Source of the DNA: Phyllobates terribilis
Taxonomy: Eukaryota
NCBI RefSeq assembly: GCF_046119375.1
Contig: NW_027362767.1
Coordinates: forward strand, 400,582,001 to 400,646,000
Direction: 5' to 3'
Length of the DNA: 64,000 bases
The notes beneath the pieces were generated by a model. The model made no database searches. It was given only the letters and a program-made list of their open reading frames with translations, and was not told the origin of the DNA. A program made the translations under genes and the position numbers. Below are positions 12,681-24,700 of this stretch, piece after piece; within the stretch, counting starts at the first letter, position 1, and each line of letters starts with the position of its first letter.

Positions 12681-13511
12681 CTCTGTCTCATGAGTGATTT
12701 TATTCTCCTGAATAACGCAAGAGTCTCAGCAGCGATAAATAATTCAGCAAAGAATGAACCCTGATGATCTCTTCCAAGATCTGATCGGTGGTACGCAGGA
12801 CCATTGACAAATTTAGGGTCATATATGCAGTGCATTTTTTCATGCAAAATTGCATGTGTATTACGGTAAGGCCTGGATCACATGCGCGTATATTCTTTCT
12901 TCCGAGAGAATCGGATCAATTATGTAAATGACACTCGGATCAAACTCTGATCAGAATTTGACCCGAGTGTCATCTTAGTGTGATCTGATTCTCTCGCATG
13001 AGAGAATTGTAGCACAAGTGAAAAGACGGAGAGCAAAATTTCTCCATCTTCTTCATTGTGTGAGTCAGCGGAAATCAGTCTGCACTCGGATGTCATTCAA
13101 GTGCAGTCCAACGATTTCCACGCACCCATAGACTTGAATATGTGGCATCTGATTTGCGCTGCCACGCACAGCATGCTGCGATTTTTTTCTCACGCCGAAT
13201 CTGTATGAGAAAAAAAAACGCTGATCAGCACTACCTCTTAGAAGTCTGTGTGCTGTCCGATACACCAAGGTATTTGCTCATGTGAGCAAGCACTAATAGT
13301 GTTAATCTCATATATACGCCAAAGGGAAAATTAGCACTGCGACACTGCAAATTATGCTTTTGATATCAAGGTCGATTTTACCCATTGCAGAAACGACGCA
13401 GCATGTCTGCAAGGAAATCCCAAGATGTTTATTTTTTTGCAATGGTGGAGTTTGCTGTAGATTTTCCGTTGCAGGAACTTGGAAAGGGACCTGCTGGTAA
13501 AAAGACTTAAA

Positions 13512-13950
13512 AAAACTGGAGCAAGTTCAGAGAAGAGCTACCAGGATGGTGAGCGGACTGCAAACTATGTCCTACGAGGAAGGGTTAAAGGATCTGGGAA
13601 TGTTTAGCTTGCAAAAGAGAAGGCTAAGAAGAGACTTAATAGCTGTCTACCAATGTCTGAAGGGCTGTCACATTGTAGATGGATTATCCTTATTCTCATT
13701 TGCACATGGAAACACGAGAAGCAATGGGATGAAACTGAAAGGGAGAAGATACAGATTAGATATTAGAAAAAAAATGTTGACAGTTAGGGTGATCAATGAG
13801 TGGGACAGGCGGCCACAAGAGGTGGGGAGTTCTCCTTCAATGGAAGTCTTCAAACAGAGGCTGGACAGATATCTGTCTGAGATGGTTTATTGAATCCTGC
13901 ATTGAGCAGGGGGTTGGACACGATGTCCCAACTCTAACATTCTATGATCT
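13512..13950 (+). mobile_element. 5'-truncated CR1 LINE (3' end)
   Basis: Encodes the ORF2 C-terminus (LQKRRLRRDLI...FKQRLDRYLSEMV) and ends ATTCTATGAT; closely similar to 33350-33804. Confidence 0.9.
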
Positions 13951-14160
13951 TCTGTGGCTGTCGCTTGTGCAAATCCTTCTGTCTCTTCATGTGATCCCAG
14001 ACTGGATGATGTGAGATTAGGGCTCTGTGGGGGCCGGATCACTTCCAGGACTCCTTGGTCTTCTTTAAGGTGAGGATAGTTCTTAATGACATTGGCAAGA
14101 TGTTTGGGGCCGTTGTCCTGCTGCAGAATAAATTTTGAGCCAATCAGACTCTCCAAAGCA
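13951..14160 (-). mobile_element. Tc1-type transposase fragment
   Basis: FILQQDNGPKH...PPQSPNL. Confidence 0.7.
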
Positions 14161-14240
14161 TACATGTCAAGCTCCGACTCGGGGGCCAAATCTGGCCCAT
14201 AGGGTGGTTATATTTGACCCACGACACCAGAACTGCCATC

Positions 14241-15215
14241 CCTATGTGGGGTCATTATTCTGTATGGAGGACTATGTGGGGTCATTATTCTGTATGGAGG
14301 ACTGTGTAGGGCCCATTATACCGTATGGAGGACTATGTGGGGCCCATTATACTGTATGGGGGACTATGTGGGGCCATTATACTGTATGGAGGACTATGTG
14401 GGGCCCATTATACTGTATGGAGGACTATGTGGGGCCATTATACTGTATGGAGGACTATGTGGGGCCCATTATACTGTATGGAGGACTATGTGGGGCCTAT
14501 TATTCTGTATGGCGGACTATGTGGGGCCTATTCTGTATGGAGGACTATGTGGGGCCCATTATTCTGTATGGAGGACTATGTGGGGCCCATTATTCTCTAT
14601 GGAGGACTATGTGGGGCCCATTATACTATATAGCGGATTATGTGGGGCCCATTATTCTTTATGGAGGACTATGTGGGGCCCATTATTCTGTATGGAGGAC
14701 TACAGTATGTGAGGCCCATTATTCTGTATGGAGGACTATGTGGGGCCCATTATTCTGTATGTAGGACTACGTGGGGCCCATTATTCTGTATGTAGGACTA
14801 CGTGGGGCCCATTATTCTGTATGTAGGATTATGTGAGGCCCATTATTCTGTCTGGAGGACTATGGGGGCCCCATTATTCTGCCTGGAGGACTATGGGGGG
14901 CCCATTATTCTGCCTGGAGGACTATGGGGGGCCCATTATTCTGCCTGGAGGACTATGGGGGGGGCCATTATTCTGCCTGGAGGACTATGGGGGCCCATTA
15001 TTCTGTCTGGAGGACTACGGGGGGCCCATTATTCTGTCTGGAGGACTACGGGGGGCCCATTATTCTGTCTGGAGGACTACGGGGGGCCCATTATTCTGTC
15101 TGGAGGACTACGGGGGCCCATTATTCTGTCTGGAGGACTACGGGGGGCCCATTGTTCTGTATGGAGGACTACAGGAGGCCCATTGTTCTGTATGGAGGGC
15201 TATGTGGGGCCCATT
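14241..15215 (+). repeat. 31-bp minisatellite (~31 copies), inside a hAT-like non-autonomous element (~14160-15290)
   Basis: Unit GGAGGACTATGTGGGGCCCATTATTCTGTAT. The flanks carry tgtcaa...ggggccaaatctggccc and tgacatcccag termini typical of hAT MITEs. Confidence 0.9.
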
Positions 15216-17267
15216 ATTTTGTATTCTGGTTGGGCCGCGACTTTGTCCAAGTTTTTCATTTTGGCCATCTATGTGTTTAATGACATCCCAGCTCCAAATC
15301 ATCCTTACTTTGAAGCATTTTTTTCTACAGCTGCCTAAAACTTTTTCACAGCTCTGTATGAATATAAAAATGTGCCGATTTAATTGGCAATAGAAGACGA
15401 CATAAATAACAATAAAAAGTTCATACAACGGAGTCTGTGTCTCATTTAGGTTTTTATACAGGCAGGACCCTGTTATACTCAACAGCAAGAGAAGATAGAC
15501 CACTTTTTAAATTGTATGGTGGAACTGAAGAGTCAAGATTCTTACTGCACAAGATAGGCTAAAAAAATGGGGAGAGTATATGCTTTATTATTATATGTTA
15601 TAACAGTTCGATCACTCAATTGAGACCAGCGATTGACGTCCACTTGAACCCTTGATCCTAAATTACATAGGAACACAGTTCAGACTCCACCACATCCAAC
15701 CACAATTATATAAAAAAATAAGCAGTGTAAAAACATAAAAAAAACACACAAGACAGTATATGCACATTTATTTCCAAAATTATGCTGTATAACAGCCCCC
15801 TAAACTTGTGATTGGATGGTTTCTGCAGACTACTACTTTCCAGGGTTTACAATCATCCATAGACTATATAACCTCATATCACTGTGCCGGTTGTAAACTA
15901 ATTTTATTAACTTTATTTTAAAGGACCACGTCCTCTACACACTTTTTTCACATACATTTGCATTCACCTTTTGCAAAAAAAAAATAATTATATATAAATA
16001 TATATATATATATATTATTTTCTCATCTACCCATTTTATCATGAACCAATACAGTCATGGCATTCCTTATATTCTTGCAATGTTGTGATTGAAACTATTT
16101 TTATTACCTTTTATTGTTTCATTATTGCTTTATAACATTGTTCATGAGCTTCCCCCCCCCCCCAAGTGCCATAACTTATTTTATTTTTCCATCTACGTAG
16201 TGTTTTTCATTTACACCATTCATTTTTATCAAATAATGTACAAAAAATTAAATGGGGGGAGAAATAGGAAGAAAAACTGAAATTTTGCAATTTTTTTTAT
16301 TCTTTATGACATTCACTTTGCGGTAAAAATGACACGGTATTTCTGTTCTACAGTTCAGTCCTGTTACATAGGTAACCAATTTATTCATTTTTTTCTTTAA
16401 AAAAAAACACTTTCTAAAAAAAATGTTTTATTTAGTCACCAAGAGTATTCTGAGAGCCATAACTTTTTTATTCTCTGATAGGGTTGCATGAAGGTTTGAT
16501 TATTTTTTTTTGCTATACGATCTGTAGGTTTTTTGGTGCCATTTTGGTGTCTATACGACTTTCTGATCTTTTTTATTCCACTTTTTGGGGGATACAAAGC
16601 AAAAAAATATATATATATTTGACAATTTTTTTCTCCATTTCAGCATTTGACTTTTATAGCTTCCTTTATGTATTAACTTTACATGGTGTATTGTCCTTTG
16701 AAACACTTTTTATTCTCTTTTCCTGTAGAATATAACACATTTAAAGATCGGCCGCCATTGATGTAAACCATTACAGGGACTTGTACTGACTTAGCGGTAA
16801 ATACATCTACGAGGATAGGCAGTTTTCCTGGTTTCCCCCATCTTGTGATCGATATATATGTGAGAGAGAATCCTTTTGACAGTTTTATTGTTCTGGCAAT
16901 GCACCAGAAGGCTCAGGATGAACAGTGCTGAAAATTTCTCGGAAATAGGGGAGTGTGGCCCGGCACGGTATAGAGCCGGAACCTAACTATCGCCCTGGAA
17001 TTGCCAAAGTAGCATTATGGCTGCTCTGCAACGATCATTTTGCTCTATTGTGTCCATCAGAGTCATAGATTTTGTATAGAGCATCAGGGAACATGCCGGA
17101 CAGACAATTCCTCCTAGCCATGGATGAAGAAGTCTTTCCACAGAGGTTAGGTTACAGCCTGCAGCCCACACAGGTCTATGGAGAGGGGAGAAAGAGAAAT
17201 TAGTTACTGGAGGGAGACAAACACACACAATGCAGCTGATTACTAGTAACTGTATTTCACCCCAGTA

Positions 17268-17930
17268 CTGGATTCATAGCTACACTGCTCAGTACAACAG
17301 TATAATGGTCTCCTCCATTCTGCTTTCTAGTGAGTTTTTTAGCTCTCTCTCCCTAGTGCTGGATTCACAGCTACACTGCTCAGTACAACAGTATAATGGT
17401 CTTCATGCTGCTTTCTAGTGAGTTTTTTAGCTCTCTCTCCCTAGTGCTGGGGATTCACAGCTACACTGCTCAGTACAACAGTATAATGGTCTCCTCCATG
17501 CTGCTTTCTAGTGAGTTTTTTAGCTCTCTCTCCCTAGTGCTGGATTCACAGCTACACTGCTCAGTACAACAGTATAATGGTCTTCATGCTGCTTTCTAGT
17601 GAGTTTTTTAGCTCTCTCTCCCTAGTGCAGGATTCAAAGTTGCACTGCTCAGTACAACAGTATAATGGTCTCCATGCTGCTTTCTAGTGAGTGTTTTAGC
17701 TCTCCCTCTCTAGTGCTGGATTCAAAGCTACATTGCTAAGTGCAACAGTATGATGGCCTCCATGCTGCTGCTACTTTCTAGTGAGTGTTTTAGCTCTCAC
17801 TCTCTAGTGCTGGATTCATAGCTACACTGCTCAGTACAACAGTATAATGGTCTCCATGCTGCTGCTGCTTTCTAGTGAGTGTTTTCTTACAACCCCAGTG
17901 CTGGATTCACAGCTATATTACTCAGTATCT
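17268..17930 (+). repeat. ~90-bp tandem repeat, ~7.5 copies
   Basis: ctggattcacagctacactgctcagtacaacagtataatggtct...ctagtg recurs at ~90-bp spacing. Confidence 0.85.
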
Positions 17931-18601
17931 CTGTACAATGTCTTTCATTCTGCTGCTGCTTCTGAGCATGTGCTCAGCTGTTTCCATCAGAGCCTTAGAC
18001 TGTGAACAGGGAACATGCTGGACCGCTCCTTTATTAACACTCCTCCTAGCCATGGTCTTGCAACTGATCTGACATTATCCACTGGATTTGCAGAGTCCTG
18101 GTCCATTGGCCTTGTCGGTAGTCCATGGTCACCAAACCAGAACCATAAGAACCTCATCCTACTTGCCAACGTCCCCGGCGCCCATTCTGATTTTTAGGCT
18201 CATCATGATGCCATCATCAATGCATGGAAAAGAGGCGCCGCGGATGCCGGCAGGTAGAAGGGGGGGGTCTCAGGACTCTGATCCGCAGTCCTGCAGGGGA
18301 GGTAAGTATGGATCCCACGGATAGGTGATAATGTTTAAAGATGGGAATAACCCTTGAAAGGGAAACTCCAGTGAAAACCATAGGTCTGTAGCAAGGAATG
18401 CTGGGAGATTTGAGCTTGGCAGAATTATGAATGCAGCTCTGGAGTATAATAAAGGCTGAACCAAAGCATCTACAAATGTTCACAAACTGTAAAAAAAAAA
18501 TAATTTAAAGATGAACATACACCTTAAACTTAAGATTTGCAAAAGATCAAAGCAGTGATGGGATCTGCTCACCTTCGCAGCCGGGCTTTCCATGATTCGT
18601 T

Positions 18602-18767
18602 TCAATTCATACGCTCCGAGCTGGCAGCAATCTCCTCTGTATTTAGCCCATCCGTATAATCAATCCCCACAATCTCACAGGCCGGCAACATTTCCTCCAG
18701 GAGGATCAGGGTTAACCCCTTATTGCTGACGGCAGGGAGGTCCGTCAGATCCAAATGCTTCAGATTC
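18602..18767 (-). CDS. DMAC2: DMAC2 coding exon 6 (last)
   Basis: [40 protein letters not shown]...MN*; CAG acceptor at 18770-18768. Confidence 0.92.
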
Positions 18768-21700
18768 CTGAGGAAAGCCCCGCAAATTAGGCCACAGCAA
18801 TGTCAGACGTATAAGTTACTCATGACTATCATCTACGAGGACATAAGGGCACGTCAGGGGTCCGTTTATTAGCACAAGATGCTCTCTATCGCTGGAATGG
18901 CACCGGTCCGGGAGACAAGTATAGGGTGTTTTTATTTTACATAGTGCCCTGTGGCATTCAAGGAGGGGTTGACAAAATAGTGGAAAACCCTTTTAAATCA
19001 CTGCTAGAGGTCCAACCCCTGGAAGCTCTGCTGGCTGACTAGTCATTATGCCAAGCAGCTGTGACTCTACCAGATCCCTCGAACTAGGGACGCCCTAGTT
19101 TATCACTGTCCCCCGGATGGTGGAGACGCTGGAGTCTCGTACCTAGCTATGCTCCTAACTTAGGCTAAGTGCCCACGATGCAGAAATGCTGCATATTTTT
19201 TCCGCTTCTCCCTGGCAGGAAAAACGCATGCAGATTTTACATGCGTTTTTCCCGCCAGGTAGAAGCGTTTGTCAAGCGTTCTTCACTTTCATTTCCGCAT
19301 GCGGGTTGACAAGCGCTTTCCAAGCGATTTTAGCATCACTTGGAAAAGTGCTTGACAAAAGTGCAACCGGCATAGTGTGACCAAGTAATAGTTAAAAAAA
19401 AAAAAGAATAAGAATGGTAAAAAATAAAGATTATACTTACCTTCCGATCACCCCCGGTGTTTTCTCCGCTGCGTCCGGTCTGTTGTATCGGTCGCGGTGG
19501 TGTTTAAGGACCTGCCATGATGTCATTTAGTCATGTGACAGGTCACACGACCGCCGACGTCAGCAGTCGCGTGACCTGTCACATGACTAAATGATGTCAT
19601 GGCAGGTCCTTTCACACCACCTCGACCGATACAACAGACCGGACGCATCGCTGAGGAGGCCGGGGGCCATCAGAAGGTAAGTATAATCTTTATTTTTTAT
19701 TTTAAACTCTTTTTTTTAACAGATTCTATGGTACCCGGGTCTGGAGGAGAATCTCCTCTTCTCCAGACCCGGGTACCATCCGCACAGTGAACCGTGTGAT
19801 ATCCACATGTGCAGATGCAGTGATGCGGATATTAAGCAATTCAATGCAAGTCAATGGCGGCGATTACGCTGCGTGTCCGCAAAATTGATGGACATGCTGC
19901 GTATTTTTCCACAATGATAATCCGCAGCGGAAATTTCCGCAGCATGTGCACAGCACATGCGGATTATCATTGGGGACCATGGGACACGTATTACCAAGTG
20001 TTTTTTAAGCGTTTTCGCTGCGGAAATTCCAGGGCAAAAACGCTTGAAAAACGCATAGTGGGCACGCAGCCTCAAACCTTATCTGATCCCTGCGGATTTT
20101 TACACATCTAATGCGAATTGTGTGTATTCTAGGCAAATGTCAAATTTATATTTTGATGGTCACATGGAAAAGTTTTGGTAAAATAGGGGAAGGGGGGAAC
20201 TCACTGCAGGTGGTGGAGAGTCGCCAGCCCTCGTTCAGTCACTTGCCGACATCCAGCCAATGACAGCACTTCTAAGGAATCCTTAAAAACGTGCAGCCGA
20301 CTTAAAGCCCAGTCATCCAGGTAATGGCAGCGACTGAGGTTCAGCTCCCGCAGCTCCGGCAGATCATCTGTGCGGCAGAAAGTCATCCACGTCATAAAAT
20401 CTACACGCAACCCATTACACGACACCTATCCTCCTCCTCCTCCTCCTCCACTGATAACAATACTCTGTTTGTTCATGGATCGTATTCATATCTGTTTTCA
20501 ATATATTTAAAGGGGTTTTTCCATTTTTATTTGAAAAATGCTTAAAGGGGGGGTTCCGAAACTGGAAAACCCCTTTAAGCATTTTTCAAACAAAATTGGA
20601 AAACGAGCTGTGGTTTGTGCTTTCCTCACCCTCCCCAGGTCAAGCTCAGAGTCTCCACCGAAACTGGAACACCCCCTTTAAAAGGGAGAACCAATGAAAG
20701 TGATTGTCTGATACATAATACATATGAGAAAAACGAGAACCACCGAATGATAGGTCCAATAAAGGATACATATAAGACTTTATTATAATAACGGCAACAC
20801 GTGGCACTTCATGCAAGAAGAAAAACCGCATTGCACGAAGGACTTGCTGTCCGAAACGCGCGTCGGGGTTCGCCGCACGTGCCATCCACACAAGCTGCTA
20901 TAGACTAAGGTATATTATTTCCTCTTTTACTGATTACATGCTGTCACCTAAGTATTTACCCAGTAGATACATTTGATACCAATATGGTTACAATGATGAT
21001 GTACATGCACCTCTATATTCATGAGATGGCTTGATGCCTGTCTCTGTGTTTGTTCTCTTAGGTGGTATTTACTATATGTCCAATGGAGCTTTAACATGTG
21101 TCTTATATGTATACCTGTTGTACTATTACTCATATGTGTCTATGCAGCTCACTATGTAATCTCTATTATATGATTTCTGTTTGTGTTTGGTCACTGCAAT
21201 GCGGTTTTTCTTCTTGCATGAAGTGCCACGTGTTGCCGTTATTATAATAAAGTCTTATATGTATCCTTTATTGGACCTATCATTCGGTGGTTCTCGTTTT
21301 TCTTATGTTTGTTACCGAATGGTCTGCCATTCCCTATTGGTCCATACATTAAAGCACGCGATATAGGTTAGACCAGGCCAATCTACAGGTGATAGTATGG
21401 TCTGTGTCCCGTGCTCTTTAGTTCAGTGTTTTTTGTCTCCCATAATACATATGAGAAGATGACATTGGGCTCCCATGGATTTCTAGAATAAAGTGGCATC
21501 TTCCATTTACTTAGGATACGTAATAAACAACTGACAGCTGGAAGCCCACTGATCGTTAGCACGGGGGTCCTGATCCTTTTTCTCCTTCCTGCATGAACGC
21601 AGTGAAAATTATTTTTTAAATGGATCAGGTGTATTCCCGTCTCCAAAATCCGATCCCAAAATGTAGTAGTGTAATAATAATAATATTACCAAATACCTCC

Positions 21701-24700
21701 AATTAGAAATATAGTATAGTTCTTCTGATTCGCTATGTCTCTTTCCTCACGTGTAGGCATTCCAGGACCTTATGTAGCCATGGTTACGACCACTGATATA
21801 GTGACAGTTAGCTAGTGGCTGTAACCATGGATACCTAAGCTACTGCAATGCCTGCACATGAGGAAAGAAACACAGTGAATCAGAAGAACTATACTACATT
21901 TCTTATTGTAGGTATTTGCTAATATTATTATTATTATTACACCTACTACATATTGGGATAGGATCTTGGAGATGGGAATACACCTTTAAGTACTTCACTA
22001 TAATGATCTTCTTCCATCAAAGTCATTTCCTCTGGGCCGCCCCTTTAAATAAACATATAATGAAAAGATAGTTAACTTTCCAAAGGACTTTGGGTGAAAT
22101 TTATTATTTCATGTAAGATTTTGCTTGCATCAAAAAGTCATCCAAAAATTGGTAATAAAGTGGATGAGACTCAGGAAAAAAATAAAGAGCTCAACCAACA
22201 TGTGACAAATTAAAGGTGCTGTTCAGGAGTAGTAAAGAACATGGCCGCTTTCTTTTACAACAGCGTCACTCCTGAGTCTGGGTGGTGCCTGGTATTGCAA
22301 CTCAGTCCCACTGAAGTGAATGGAGCAAAGCTGCAGTACCGTGCACAATCCATGACCATGGGAGGTGCTGTTTTTCCAATCCTGGAAATCCACTTTATAA
22401 CATTTTATGATATGCCCAAGACTGGGAGAGTTCCTATTCACACACAGCAAGCAGAGGTCTTGGAAATTGTGACAAACTGAAATATTAGTTGTGGAACTTT
22501 CCATTCTTCAATATCGGACTGTTATATTACTCTATGGTGGTGACCGGCCATCTGTGCTCTCACCGATGTTGCTCAGCCCCATGTAGGTCACCATGCTTCC
22601 GCTCAAGTCCAGGCACTCTATAGGAACGTCCTTGTGCTGCAGGAAATCCCAGGTATAGCGCCCCCTGTGGTCTGGTCGAAACCACTCAGTGTGACCCTTG
22701 AACCTGGAGGAAAGAAATGTGACGATCAATGTAAAGGATGTCATGATATTAAAAGGGGGTTGTCCCAACCTGGCCAAGTTATCACACATAGGGGTCCGAC
22801 CACAGGGACCACCACCGACCCCAATAATGGGGCTCTATAATGCCCTGAGGGGCCATTCATGCCCTCCACTCCTCATGCCCTCCACTCCTCATGCCCCCCA
22901 CTCCTCATGCCCCCCACTCCTCATGCCCTCCACTCCTCATGCCCCCCACTCCTCATGCCCTCCACTCCTCATGCCCCCCACTCCTCATGCCCTCCATTCC
23001 TCATGCCCTCCACTCCTCATGCCCCCCACTCCTCATGCCCTCCACTCCTCATGCCCTCCACTCCTCATGCCCCCCACTCCTCATGCCCCCCACTCCTCAT
23101 GCCCTCCACTCCTCATGCCCTCCACTCCTCATGCCCCCCACTCCTCATGCCCCCCACTCCTCATGCCCCCCACTCCTCATGCCCCCCACTCCTCATGCCC
23201 TCCACTCACTGCCTAGTAGAAAAGTTATTTTTCCCCCCGTGATACGTAGGGCGCGGCGGCCATACCTCACTCCTCCCCTCTGCTCCAGCGTGTAGTACGT
23301 GGCAGCCGCGGTCTTTCCGTACAAAGCTTCTGTGAGATAAAAGTGTCTAAAAAAATAAAAAATAAAAAGGGAGAAAATGTAAATCAATTACCAGAAGTCG
23401 ATTTATAGGATTTCCGTACTCAATACTTAAACACAGGCATTTTGGGGTTTGGGGCTGAGGGTTGCTGTGGCAGCCAGAAGCCATACAAAAGTTTCCAGGT
23501 CTGTCACTTAAAGAAGCCCGACCATTGCAGGTTCAAGTCCTGCAGCTTGACTAGGTAAAGGAGTACCAAAAAAAGCACTTTGTTTCTTTCTAAGCCCAAC
23601 CATGTGCCCAACCAGCAGTTTACACCCACGTATAGGACATTTCTTTCCCCTGGAGAACCCACTTAACAAGTTATGGGGTCCATGTCTCTGGTGGCACTGA
23701 TATGGGAAATTTGTAGAAAAATTGACATTTTTATTTTGCACCATTCCCAGCGTATTAAGTTTCTTAAAAACCATCTATGGGGGACAAAATTCCCACTAAG
23801 CCCCCTGATAAATGCCTTAAAAGGGAAGGTGCCGTGATTTTTATTTTTGCATTAATAATTATTGATTATATAATCAATTATTTTTAATATAAAATTACAT
23901 TTACTGGTTTAATTGTTTTTCATTTATTTTTATTTTTTCAGCCACTGGGGGCTGCCATTTTAATTTGCCTACAATACGGCAGTACCTGGGCATAGGAGAT
24001 TACAGTCGCTGTCCGACCGTATCTCCTACACTGTGGCTGCCTCCTGCTGTGACCTGGGCTGTCCAGGTCACAGCTGTGCTGGGAGATCACGGCCATTTTG
24101 TTGCAGCCCGCAGCTACACTGTCATTCCAGTTTCCACCTGTCACCATCCACACTGTTCAGTGCATGCGGTGACAGGAGCTGCCAGGGAGCGCAGATCCGG
24201 AGTGAGGAGAGTACCAGCGGTGATCAGTAGCTTGGAATTAGTAGTACATTACCCGGCTGCCGATCACCGCTCCTCGCCGCTGTCACTGCAGTATTCAGAG
24301 CAAAGCAAAGTAATTATCACCCTGCTGTGCCCTTATCACTGACACTGCTCTGCTATATCATTGTAACGCCTCTGAAGGAGGCACACTGTCCCAAAGCAGT
24401 GGAGGACTATGGGGAGTGCATCATACTCTATGGAGGACTACGGGGAGTGCATTATACTCTATGGAGGACTACGGGGAGTGCATCATACTCTATGGAGGAC
24501 TACGGGGAGTGCATCATACTCTATGGAGGACTACGGGGAGTGCATCATACTCTATGGAGGACTACGGGGAGTGCATCATACTCTATGGAGGACTACGGGG
24601 AGTGCATCATACTCTATGGAGGACTACGGGGAGTGCATCATAGTCTATGGAGGACTACGGGGAGTGCATCATAGTCTATGGAGGACTACGGGGAGTGCAT

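Noticed and set aside
14135-15393. Overlapping ORFs with repeated MEDYVGPIILYGGL motifs; CRISPR-like periodicity
   Set aside because: These are translations of a 31-bp minisatellite in all frames. The units abut with no unique spacers, and there are no cas genes.
22698-23295. Pro/His-rich ORFs in three frames
   Set aside because: Translation of the 16-bp minisatellite, antisense to and inside DMAC2 intron 3.
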